Both the position numbers and the translations under genes were made by a program. Below, in pieces: positions 43,025-51,816 of a stretch of 51,816 bases of DNA. Under the pieces are notes generated by a model. The model was not told the origin of the DNA, did not search any database, and worked only from the letters and a program-made list of their open reading frames with translations. The DNA comes from a virus (taxonomy: Duplodnaviria; Caudoviricetes), in the IMG/VR virus record IMGVR_UViG_3300023179_000152, positions 1 through 51,816 of that record; one strand, 5' to 3'. Position 1 is the stretch's first letter; every line of letters starts with the position of its first letter.

Positions 43025-44563
43025 ATGGATTTTCAATATACAACAACATTCGCCAATCTTCAAATTAAACCAGTAGTAAGTGAAGAGAAAGATAAATATC
43101 TTTCATTAGCTTCTATTGATAGTTTAAAGAAATTTTTACCCGAGATTGATACAGAGAAAAATATTGATTTATTGCCTATAGCTTTTGATGCATGTGTAGT
43201 TAATAGAATTAATAAAAATGGCGATGTAGTGGATTCAATTACAGCAGAAGAAATGCTTAAAAATTTTATTAATAAACCAATTAATATTGAACATGATAGA
43301 ACTAGAGTAGTTGGATGTATTTTAACAGCTAATTTTAGTAAATTTGGTACAAATGAATCTTTAGCTGAAAATGATGTTAAAAATATGAAGGGTCCATTTT
43401 ATATTACTCTTGGTGGAGTTATTTGGAAAATCATTAATCCTCAATTATCTAATCTAATCGAAGAGAGCAATGACCCATCTAGTGAAAATTACATGAAAGT
43501 AAGTGCTTCATGGGAACTTGGTTTTAATGATTATAATTTGGTTCTTTTAAATGGTAATAATAAAAATTTAGAAGATGGTAAATTTATCTCTGACGAAAAA
43601 GAAAAAGATAAATTAGTTAAAAATCTTAAAGCTTTTGGTGGTTCTGGTAAAATAGATAAAAATACATCTATTTATCGTCAAGTTATTGGTAATGTTATTC
43701 CTTTAGGTATAGGATTGACAGCCAATCCTGCTGCTGATGTACAAGGAGTAGCAATAAAAGATGAGAATGTAATGGAAGTAGAAATATCAAAACCAGATGA
43801 AAATAACCAAATGTCAGATTCTTCAGAATTAGTTTGTGAAAATAATATTTCACAAAATGAAGAAAATACTGTAAATGAAGAAGGAGTTATAAACAGAATA
43901 ATTATGAAAATAGAAAATATCAATCAAATAACCGATGAGCTATTGAAGCAAGCAACTGCTTCTAGCATCACTGATTTCATTCAAGAAGAGCTTAAAAAAG
44001 CCTCAGAAACTTTTGTAGCTGAAAAGAATGAAAAAGATGTTGCTATCAAAGCTGCTCAAGAAAAATACGAAGCACTTTCTACAGAGAGTGAAAAAGTAAA
44101 AGAAGAACTAGAAAAACTCAAAGCTTCTCTTGCTAAACTCGAAGAAGAGAAAATTGCTAAAGCTAAAGAAGAAGCCTTCAATTTAAGAATGGCTGCTTTT
44201 GATGAAGAATTTGATCTATCTGACGAAGATCGTCAAGTTCTAGCAACAGATATTAAAGATTTAAATGATGAATCTTTTGCTGCTTATAAAAATAAGATGG
44301 CTGTTCTTATGAAAGAAAAAAGTAAGATGGCTAAAAAAGCAAAAGAAGAAGAAATGAAAAAAGCTAAAGCTTCCGAAGTAGTAACAGAAGAAGTTAAAGC
44401 TTCAGTACCTTCTGAACAATCTGCAACCGAAGTTGTAGACGAAGTTCTAGACAATTCAAATGTCGAAAAAACTTCAATCCCAAATTCAACAACAACCGCT
44501 GAAGTTTCGCTACGTGAAAAATATAGCAAAGCTTTTGGTTTTGAAGGATTTGAAATCAGATAA
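43025..44563 (+). CDS. prohead protease/scaffold protein
   Basis: INKNGD, KPINIEHD, SASWELGF and GIGLTANPAA motifs; coiled-coil C-terminus; upstream of capsid genes. Confidence 0.8.
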   Translation: MDFQYTTTFANLQIKPVVSEEKDKYLSLASIDSLKKFLPEIDTEKNIDLLPIAFDACVVNRINKNGDVVDSITAEEMLKNFINKPINIEHDRTRVVGCILTANFSKFGTNESLAENDVKNMKGPFYITLGGVIWKIINPQLSNLIEESNDPSSENYMKVSASWELGFNDYNLVLLNGNNKNLEDGKFISDEKEKDKLVKNLKAFGGSGKIDKNTSIYRQVIGNVIPLGIGLTANPAADVQGVAIKDENVMEVEISKPDENNQMSDSSELVCENNISQNEENTVNEEGVINRIIMKIENINQITDELLKQATASSITDFIQEELKKASETFVAEKNEKDVAIKAAQEKYEALSTESEKVKEELEKLKASLAKLEEEKIAKAKEEAFNLRMAAFDEEFDLSDEDRQVLATDIKDLNDESFAAYKNKMAVLMKEKSKMAKKAKEEEMKKAKASEVVTEEVKASVPSEQSATEVVDEVLDNSNVEKTSIPNSTTTAEVSLREKYSKAFGFEGFEIR

Positions 44564-44581
44564 AAAAAGGAGAAAAAAACT

Positions 44582-45181
44582 ATGGCACATACATTAAGAC
44601 CATTCAGAGATTACAGCGAACATGATGTAATCAACCTATTTGCCTATCAAGGTAACCAAGACGCTAATGGCGTTGTTGCTACCGCAGGCACAGTAGTTAA
44701 AGTTATCGGAAACGGTTTTCAACCAGTAGTAGCCTCAACAACTCCTGGCGGCACAGGATTTCTAGGTGAAATCCCAGTTGACCTCGCTGGCGCAGTTGGT
44801 GCAGGATACACAAACGTCGTTTCTGATCGTTATGCTCTAACAGCAAAAGTCACAGCAGCTTCCTCTGGAGAATCTGCTCTTGGTATCACTTTAATGAATA
44901 CCCAAGAACTTGACGAAAACGGTCAAAAATTAATTCACTTCCCACGCAAAGCTGCTGAGAAGGGAGTAGTTGTTAGCGGTCAAGGAGTTCCAGTTCTAAC
45001 TAAAGGCGTAGTAGTCTATAGTGGAAGTCAAATCTCTAGCTCCGCAACCGTTGGCGCAGGAGTTTATCTAAGCACAACCGCTGGTGAACTAAGTACAACA
45101 AATGCTGGCTCTACAAATAAAGTCGGCACCCTACTTAGCGTACCAGTTAATGGTATTGCTCTAATCAAACTCAACTTCTAA
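44582..45181 (+). CDS. capsid decoration/minor capsid protein
   Basis: 199 aa between protease and major capsid; AGGAG Shine-Dalgarno. Confidence 0.7.
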   Translation: MAHTLRPFRDYSEHDVINLFAYQGNQDANGVVATAGTVVKVIGNGFQPVVASTTPGGTGFLGEIPVDLAGAVGAGYTNVVSDRYALTAKVTAASSGESALGITLMNTQELDENGQKLIHFPRKAAEKGVVVSGQGVPVLTKGVVVYSGSQISSSATVGAGVYLSTTAGELSTTNAGSTNKVGTLLSVPVNGIALIKLNF

Positions 45182-45201
45182 TTTAAGGAGAAATTTAAAA
45201 A

Positions 45202-46290
45202 ATGAAAATCAAACTAAAAAATACCCCAGAACAAGTTGAGCTTGTAAAAGCTATGGGTAGCAGAGATGTTACCGTAGCCCGCGAAGCTACAGAAGCTTTT
45301 GCCGCTTTCATTGGACCAGTCGTAAGTAAGGTTCTAATGCAAGCTGGTACAGCTAGTGCAATCTATACTGATGCACCCTATGATGAAGACGATAATCCCA
45401 GTCTTCCTCTAGATCTATGGCATGATCAAGGCGCAGATTACGTTACAGTTTGGAGTCAAAATGTAGCTGGTGGTCTACCTTCTTCAGCAGTAGAGGGCTT
45501 CAATGAGCTAAAAGTTGCTACATATCGTCTAGACGCAGCAGTAAGTTTCTTAAAACGTTATGCTCGCCGTGGTCGTATTGATGTAGTAAGCAAAGCTGTT
45601 GAGAGAATGAGCAATGAAGTTCTTACAAAACAAGAACGTAATGCTTGGGCAGTAGTATTAAAAGCTCTTGCCGAAGCTCGCACTCCAGCTGTTGGCTCAA
45701 ACAATAGCATAGCTGGTAGTCATATTACTACAGCAGGAACCGCTGGTTCATTCCAACTAAGCGATCTAAATAAGTTAATGACACTAGTAAAAAGAATTAA
45801 TACCTCTTATGCTGGTGGCACAACCACTGATGCTTATGGTCTAACAGATCTTTTTGTTAGTCCAGAGATCAAAGCTGCTATTCGTTCATTCGCTTATCAA
45901 CCATTCACAGTTTCTTCTGGAGCTGGCACAAACCTTCCAGATGCAGTTCGTGAAGAGATCTATCGTGGCGCTGGCACACAAGAACTTTATGGAGTAACAA
46001 TCCATGAGCTAGTTGAACTTGGCGTAGGCGCAAAATACAGTGCTCTATTCAATGCATTCAAAGGTGATCAAACTTTTGATAGTGTTACAAGAGAACTTGT
46101 AGTAGGCCTAGATCTAAGCAGAGAGGGCTTTATTCGCCCAATCGCTCGTCAAGCAGAATCTGGTGGAACATTCACAGTTCTTCCAGACGATCAATTCGTT
46201 GCCCGTTCTGAGAAAACTGGTTTCTACGGTTCTCTCGAAGAAGGTCGCGTTTGTATCGATGCTCGTACAGTCGCTGGCTTGATTGTCTAA
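45202..46290 (+). CDS. major capsid protein
   Basis: 362 aa; AAGGAG Shine-Dalgarno, strongly biased codons, gene position, terminator downstream. Confidence 0.82.
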   Translation: MKIKLKNTPEQVELVKAMGSRDVTVAREATEAFAAFIGPVVSKVLMQAGTASAIYTDAPYDEDDNPSLPLDLWHDQGADYVTVWSQNVAGGLPSSAVEGFNELKVATYRLDAAVSFLKRYARRGRIDVVSKAVERMSNEVLTKQERNAWAVVLKALAEARTPAVGSNNSIAGSHITTAGTAGSFQLSDLNKLMTLVKRINTSYAGGTTTDAYGLTDLFVSPEIKAAIRSFAYQPFTVSSGAGTNLPDAVREEIYRGAGTQELYGVTIHELVELGVGAKYSALFNAFKGDQTFDSVTRELVVGLDLSREGFIRPIARQAESGGTFTVLPDDQFVARSEKTGFYGSLEEGRVCIDARTVAGLIV

Positions 46291-46312
46291 TTAAAAATTA
46301 GATAAAAAACTT

Positions 46313-46350
46313 AAAGGCCCAGTAGGTTAATCCCTACTGGGTCTTTTATT
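46313..46350 (+). terminator. Rho-independent terminator
   Basis: GGCCCAGTAGG-TTAATC-CCTACTGGGTC followed by TTTTATT. Confidence 0.88.
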
Positions 46351-46418
46351 TTATGTAAATACTTTAGACTTTATATGTAATATATCTATAATATAAATAA
46401 GGAGATAAACATATATTT

Positions 46419-46766
46419 ATGGCTAAGAAAATTAAAAATTTAGAAGAGTTGTCGCAAACTCACGGAAAATTAGAAGAAGTCCAATATAAGACATTAGACC
46501 AAATTTGGGGCGATACAGGTTCTTCTAGATATTCAACTACAGATTTAACAGAGTATACTAATTTTATTCATGAAATGAATAAGAGTGATTTGCAAGCTCA
46601 TGCAAATAAAATTGGTCTTGTTCCTATTGATAATAGAGAGCTTTTAACAAAAAGATTAATTAGTGAATTTAAAAAATTTACTTCATCTTATAAAGTACCA
46701 AAAAATAAAGATAATACTGTTAATTTAAATAAAAAAGCAAAAGATATTCTAGCAGAAGGCAAGTAA
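46419..46766 (+). CDS. hypothetical protein
   Basis: 115 aa; AAGGAG upstream. Confidence 0.75.
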   Translation: MAKKIKNLEELSQTHGKLEEVQYKTLDQIWGDTGSSRYSTTDLTEYTNFIHEMNKSDLQAHANKIGLVPIDNRELLTKRLISEFKKFTSSYKVPKNKDNTVNLNKKAKDILAEGK

Positions 46767-46869
46767 TAAATCTTAAATTTTTTTCAGTTTATTTTTTATT
46801 AAAAAAAATAAACACATAAAAAACAATCATATTGAAATGATAATTTTATGTGTAATTTAGATAAAGAAA

Positions 46870-49257
46870 ATGACTACTGGAAATCTTTATACTCAAGTTT
46901 TTGATCCTAATTTATCTAAATATCAAGAATTACAATCTGATATTTTACCAATACAAATTATATCTCAATCTGGCACATCTAAATTGCCTAGAACTACTGG
47001 TTTATTTATAGATTCATTAAATGTTAATCAAATTTGCATGTATCCAATAAATATTGGTAGCATCAATTATAGTTCTGGAGATGGAATAAATTTAGGTTTT
47101 TCAAATTTAATATATAACATTTCACCAACTGGCGCATTAGATACTTTACCTGCATCTATTAATTTAGGTGAAACTAATCTTATTTCTGGAGTACAATCTA
47201 TAAATTTAGGTTATTCTAATATTAAATATGGTAGTTGGTATTCTTATTCTATTGGAGAAAAAAATACAGAAATAGATACCGCACAAGTTCATATAATTGG
47301 AAGAAATAATGCAGCATCAGGCTTGCTATATACAAAAATTTTAGGAACATCCAATCTTTTCCAAAAAAGTAATACTATTCCAAAAACTGGAATAGATCTT
47401 TATCATTTAATGGTTTTGGGTGATAATAATTTCTTAAGATCAGGAGTTAGATATGTTAAGATATTAGGAAATAATAATTATTTAAAAAATCAAGCAAATT
47501 ATATAACAGTAATCGGAGATTTAAATACTATTGCAAAACTTTCTGGTGATTATAATTTTATTTTAGGAAAATCAAATACAATTGCTACTGGAAATAATAT
47601 CTATACTTTAGGTTTTTCAAATCAAACTTCTTCATCTTATGATTCATATATCTTAGGTAAATTTAATACATTAAATTCTGGAAATGATAATTTTATATTT
47701 GGACAATTTAATCAATCTATTGATGGATCTGGAAATAATTTAATTGGTAATTCAAACACTTTTAATGGAGATAGCACTAATATTTATGGTAATGAAAATA
47801 GTACCTCTTCAGATTCTTTTTCAAATATAATTTTAGGAAATAAAAATATTTTATCTGGTAATAATAATAATGTAATAATTGGATTAACAAATTCAGATAA
47901 AAAATCAAATGGATCTTTAGTAATAGGAAATAATAATTCAACCTCTGGGAATGTGAATTCTTATATTATTGGACAAAATAATGAATATATAAATAATAAT
48001 AATTCTTATATATTTGGTAATCAAAATAATGCAAAAACATCAGATGGTTCTTTTGTATTAGGAAATTCAAATTCTCTTTCTGGCTTTCAAAATTATGTAG
48101 TTGGAAATAATAATCTTATAAGAAGTGGAGATTATAATTCAATACTACTTGGTATTTCACATAGACCTAATACTGGTGATTTTAATTATAAAGTAGCATC
48201 AGTTAATCTCGCATCAGTTGATAATCTTCTGCAAGTTACTCCTACTGATATTAAATTAGTTTCAACAAATAGACCTACAATAAATAATGAAAATATTATA
48301 ATAACATCAGATCTAGATTCTTATCTAAATCCTTCTAATGGTTTATCTAATAGTGGAGATGTTGTTAATAATACTGGTGATAATACATTTAATGATAAAT
48401 CTTATTTTGGATATCCTAATCAAATTAAAATTAGACCTTTTCAAATTAGTGGACAAGAAAGATGGAATTGTGGTCCATTTAGTGGTGTTTGGCAATACGA
48501 ACCTTATTTTAATTTTACCACAGGATTTTTTGTAAAAAGAAAAACTAGTTTTTATTCTAATGGTTATTCTATTACTGGAGATTATTATTATATATCAAAC
48601 AATGGAGCATATAATGCATTATTTACTTTTGATCTTGATCCAGCTGGTGCTTGGATAATAACTTCTACCACTCCAAACGAAAATCCTGTTTTATTTTATA
48701 ATACAAGTACAAATAGTGGAGTACTTCCATTAAATTGGACAACAATGACCTCAACAGATCCTTTAAATCCTAATGGTGATCTTGCATATGGATATGATCC
48801 AGCACCAACATTTGAATATGTTGCTCCTCAATTTAATGTTACAAATGAAGAAAAAATTAATCCTGGAACATCTAGTTTTGATTATTTTGATTTATATGGA
48901 GAAAAGTCTTATACTTCCGCAGATCAAGGATTTAGTATTATTTATGGGGCTCATAAAAATCCACAATTTGATCCAGCATGGTTAATTATTGATAATTATT
49001 CAAGTGGATTGTATGCTATTAATAATTCTTCTGACTTTACTAATCTTCCTCAATCTGGATGGCAAGGAACTGGATTTATGGGATATCGTGGACAAGGAAA
49101 TGGTGAATGGTATGGAGGAGGATATACTCCAATGGAACAACCTAATTCTAATAATAATTATTATGATCCATCTATTAAAATAAGTGCAAATAGAACTGGA
49201 TTACTATCTTCTTCTGATCCAGTACTTGGTAAGATTTATATATCATTTATATATTAA
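46870..49257 (+). CDS. tail fibre/spike-like protein with beta-roll repeats
   Basis: ~14-aa (I/L)G..N repeats of YadA-head type. Confidence 0.7.
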   Translation: MTTGNLYTQVFDPNLSKYQELQSDILPIQIISQSGTSKLPRTTGLFIDSLNVNQICMYPINIGSINYSSGDGINLGFSNLIYNISPTGALDTLPASINLGETNLISGVQSINLGYSNIKYGSWYSYSIGEKNTEIDTAQVHIIGRNNAASGLLYTKILGTSNLFQKSNTIPKTGIDLYHLMVLGDNNFLRSGVRYVKILGNNNYLKNQANYITVIGDLNTIAKLSGDYNFILGKSNTIATGNNIYTLGFSNQTSSSYDSYILGKFNTLNSGNDNFIFGQFNQSIDGSGNNLIGNSNTFNGDSTNIYGNENSTSSDSFSNIILGNKNILSGNNNNVIIGLTNSDKKSNGSLVIGNNNSTSGNVNSYIIGQNNEYINNNNSYIFGNQNNAKTSDGSFVLGNSNSLSGFQNYVVGNNNLIRSGDYNSILLGISHRPNTGDFNYKVASVNLASVDNLLQVTPTDIKLVSTNRPTINNENIIITSDLDSYLNPSNGLSNSGDVVNNTGDNTFNDKSYFGYPNQIKIRPFQISGQERWNCGPFSGVWQYEPYFNFTTGFFVKRKTSFYSNGYSITGDYYYISNNGAYNALFTFDLDPAGAWIITSTTPNENPVLFYNTSTNSGVLPLNWTTMTSTDPLNPNGDLAYGYDPAPTFEYVAPQFNVTNEEKINPGTSSFDYFDLYGEKSYTSADQGFSIIYGAHKNPQFDPAWLIIDNYSSGLYAINNSSDFTNLPQSGWQGTGFMGYRGQGNGEWYGGGYTPMEQPNSNNNYYDPSIKISANRTGLLSSSDPVLGKIYISFIY

Positions 49258-49294
49258 TTATAATTATTTTTAAATTGTCTGTGTAATTTATTAT

Positions 49295-49696
49295 ATGGCT
49301 ACTTCATATAATATAAATACAATTCAAGGCGACAATCTTCAAATTACTCTTTCTGTAAAAGATCAATATAATAATCCAATTAATTTAACTGGTTACGATG
49401 TACGAGGAGTAGTGAAATATGCTTATTTTGGTTCTCCACCAGCAATAGATGCATCTGGAAATTATATATCTGGATATTTATTAAATTTAAATCCTACAAT
49501 TTATAGTGGAGATAATGGTTCATATTATGCATCGGGGTTAATAAATATAAATGTTCCTTCATATCAAATGGGATATATTCCAGTTGGATCATTTGTTTAT
49601 GATATAGAAAGATTTCCACAAGGAATTCCTACTGGAAATTCAATCAAATTATTAAGAGGAAAATTTATTGTTAGTCCAGAAGTTACAACTTTTTAA
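49295..49696 (+). CDS. putative baseplate/fibre adaptor protein
   Basis: IQGD...PINLTGY...GSFVYDIE...LLRGKFIVSPEVT. Confidence 0.65.
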   Translation: MATSYNINTIQGDNLQITLSVKDQYNNPINLTGYDVRGVVKYAYFGSPPAIDASGNYISGYLLNLNPTIYSGDNGSYYASGLININVPSYQMGYIPVGSFVYDIERFPQGIPTGNSIKLLRGKFIVSPEVTTF

Positions 49697-49699
49697 TTT

Positions 49700-51816
49700 A
49701 TGGATGAAATCAATGTTGATGTTATTGTTTCAAATGGAACAAATGTTGAAGTTAGTTCTCCATCAACATCAGTAAGTGCTATTGTAAATTTACCATCTCC
49801 AATACAATCAACGACCGAATCTCCTTCTATAGATTATAATTCTAATGTTATTCTTCCTGGTCCTCAAGGTCCAGCTGGTCCAATAGGACCATCTGGAGAA
49901 ATTGGTCCAAGTGGAGCAATGGGCCCACAAGGTTTAGTTGGTCCCCAAGGACCTATAGGACCAATAGGACCAACTGGAATTATAAATACTGGAGAACTAG
50001 ATTTAAGATATATTTCTTTAACTGGATTTAATGTATATACTGGAAATATACAAAATCAAATAATTGAACTCAGTGGCTATACAAATAATACTTTTGCAAC
50101 AATATCTAACGTTTATTTTACTGGAAGCAATCTTGATAATAAAATTAACTTATTAAGTGGATACGCTAATAATACTTTCAGTACTATAAATAATTTATAT
50201 TTAACTGGAAGCAACTTAAGTTCACAAATTAATACTTTAACAATAAATTTAAATTCAACTGGAAGTATTTTATCTAATAACATAAATAATGTTGCCACAA
50301 ATTTAGTTATTACTGGAAATAATCTTCAATCTCAAATTAATAATATAAATATAAATTTATATGATACAGGATTTAATTTAAATAACAAAATAAACTCATT
50401 AAGTGGAAATTCTGTTTTAATTTTTGGAAATCAAAATATCGATGGAACAAAAACATTTATTCAAAGACCAAATGTAAATGGTACTGGATTTTTATTAAGT
50501 GGAGAAGCCGCTTCACTGCCAAATACGATTGTTTATATTACTGGAAATCAAAACATATCTGGTCAGAAAAACTTTTTACAAATACCTACTGTAAGTGGTA
50601 TACCTTTGCTTTTAAGTGGTCAAATAAGTGGATTAATAGGACCAAGTGGAGCAACTGGTCCATCTGGAGCAATTGGTCCATCTGGTAATATTGGACCAAG
50701 TGGTGCGACAGGAGCTCAAGGACCAAAAGGAGATCCAGGCACAGCATCAGATAGAATCTATGTTTACGATAGTATTGGAAATACATCTTTTAGTTCAACT
50801 CCAGCAACTATTAATTTAGATTATGTAGCTATAAATTCTAGTCCATCAGTATTTTCTTTATTACCAAATAGTATAATACAAGTAAATACTCAAGACCAAT
50901 ATTTATTTAGTTATGAGGCTTCAGTATCAGCATATGGTGGTTATTATTCAACATTTAGAACTTATTTAGAAAAAAGTATAGATGGCGGTTTTAGTTTTAT
51001 AGAAGTTCCAAATTCACAAGCTTTTGATTCTATATTAGATTCTACAACAAGATCAAGCGTTTCATCTTCTATAGTAGTTAATGTTTCTGCTGGAGATATG
51101 TTTAGATTACGAGGACAAAAAACTTATGGATTAAATACTTTTTATACTATACCAAATGCTTCTAATTTAGTAATTTATACTTTAAGAGGAGGAGAGCAAG
51201 GACCAACTGGAGCAACTGGTCCTGCATTTGCATTAAATGGTATTACTGGTAGTGGAATCTTAATCGGAGCAGATGGAGTTTCTATTCTTACTAATAAACC
51301 AACTAATACAATAACAATTTCTGGATCAAATCAATATCTATTATCACAAATTAATAGTGCTAGTGGAATATTAAGAAATGATCTTACCAGCGTTGAAAAT
51401 TCATTACAAAATCAAGTAAATATATTAACTTCAAATTTATCTCAAACTGGCAATATATTATATACTGCCCAAATAAATTATAGTGGTTGGGCAAATAATC
51501 AATTTGCTACAAATTCTAATTTAATATCTACAGGAAACGCTTTACAATTACAGATTAATAATTTTTCAAGCAATCTTGCTACAACTGGAAGCACTTTGCA
51601 AGCTCAGATCAATACGCTTTCAACGAATTTAGCTACGACTGGAAGTACGCTTGTAACGAATCTTGCTTCGACTGGTAGTTCGTTACAATCGCAAGTTAAT
51701 ACGCTTTCAACGAATTTAGCTGCGACTGGAAGTACGCTTGTAACGAATCTTGCTTCGACTGGTAGTTCGTTACAATCGCAAGTTAATACGCTTTCAACGA
51801 ATTTAGCTGCGACTGG
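49700..51816 (+). CDS. collagen-like/coiled-coil tail fibre protein, 3'-truncated (not in ORF track)
   Basis: ATG 49700 MDEINVDVIV...; Gly-X-Y tracts at ~49860, ~50640 and ~51195; frame spot-checked at several points and appears open to the window end. Confidence 0.85.
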   Translation, partial: MDEINVDVIVSNGTNVEVSSPSTSVSAIVNLPSPIQSTTESPSIDYNSNVILPGPQGPAGPIGPSGEIGPSGAMGPQGLVGPQGPIGPIGPTGIINTGELDLRYISLTGFNVYTGNIQNQIIELSGYTNNTFATISNVYFTGSNLDNKINLLSGYANNTFSTINNLYLTGSNLSSQINTLTINLNSTGSILSNNINNVATNLVITGNNLQSQINNININLYDTGFNLNNKINSLSGNSVLIFGNQNIDGTKTFIQRPNVNGTGFLLSGEAASLPNTIVYITGNQNISGQKNFLQIPTVSGIPLLLSGQISGLIGPSGATGPSGAIGPSGNIGPSGATGAQGPKGDPGTASDRIYVYDSIGNTSFSSTPATINLDYVAINSSPSVFSLLPNSIIQVNTQDQYLFSYEASVSAYGGYYSTFRTYLEKSIDGGFSFIEVPNSQAFDSILDSTTRSSVSSSIVVNVSAGDMFRLRGQKTYGLNTFYTIPNASNLVIYTLRGGEQGPTGATGPAFALNGITGSGILIGADGVSILTNKPTNTITISGSNQYLLSQINSASGILRNDLTSVENSLQNQVNILTSNLSQTGNILYTAQINYSGWANNQFATNSNLISTGNALQLQINNFSSNLATTGSTLQAQINTLSTNLATTGSTLVTNLASTGSSLQSQVNTLSTNLAATGSTLVTNLASTGSSLQSQVNTLSTNLAAT
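51611..51816 (+). repeat. 87-bp in-frame tandem repeat (29 aa)
   Basis: Units start at 51611, 51698 and 51785; NTLSTNLA(T/A)TGSTLVTNLASTGSSLQSQV. Confidence 0.92.

Noticed and set aside
12040-51816. Stop-codon reassignment or a diversity-generating retroelement
   Set aside because: Long genes are intact in code 11, with TAA, TAG and TGA all used as stops. No suppressor tRNA, reverse transcriptase or adenine-specific TR/VR pair was seen.

Overview
This window is part of a large tailed dsDNA phage genome (Caudoviricetes) read with the standard genetic code. The host is probably Verrucomicrobiota, inferred from a PEP-CTERM protein and a DUF4032-like peptide. Left part (1-11.7 kb): an early/accessory region of small genes converging at ~7.6 kb. 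It holds six tRNAs, an HNH nuclease, ArdC-like, gp88-like and SleB-like genes and about 18 sigma70-type promoters, most driving leaderless mRNAs. It is punctuated by nine copies of an exactly 73-bp element (25-bp palindrome, 23-bp GC-rich spacer, 25-bp palindrome) and three solo palindromes. Right part (12-51.8 kb): an AT-rich late region with PhoH, a sigma factor, an ERCC4 nuclease, terminase, portal, lysis genes, prohead protease, major capsid and tail/fibre genes, many preceded by a GTGTAA motif. The most notable unexplained items are the 73-bp element, two unannotated structured RNAs (4851-4982 and 34620-34775) and a UAU-anticodon tRNA with a long variable arm. All protein family calls come from recognising motifs by eye, not from database searches.
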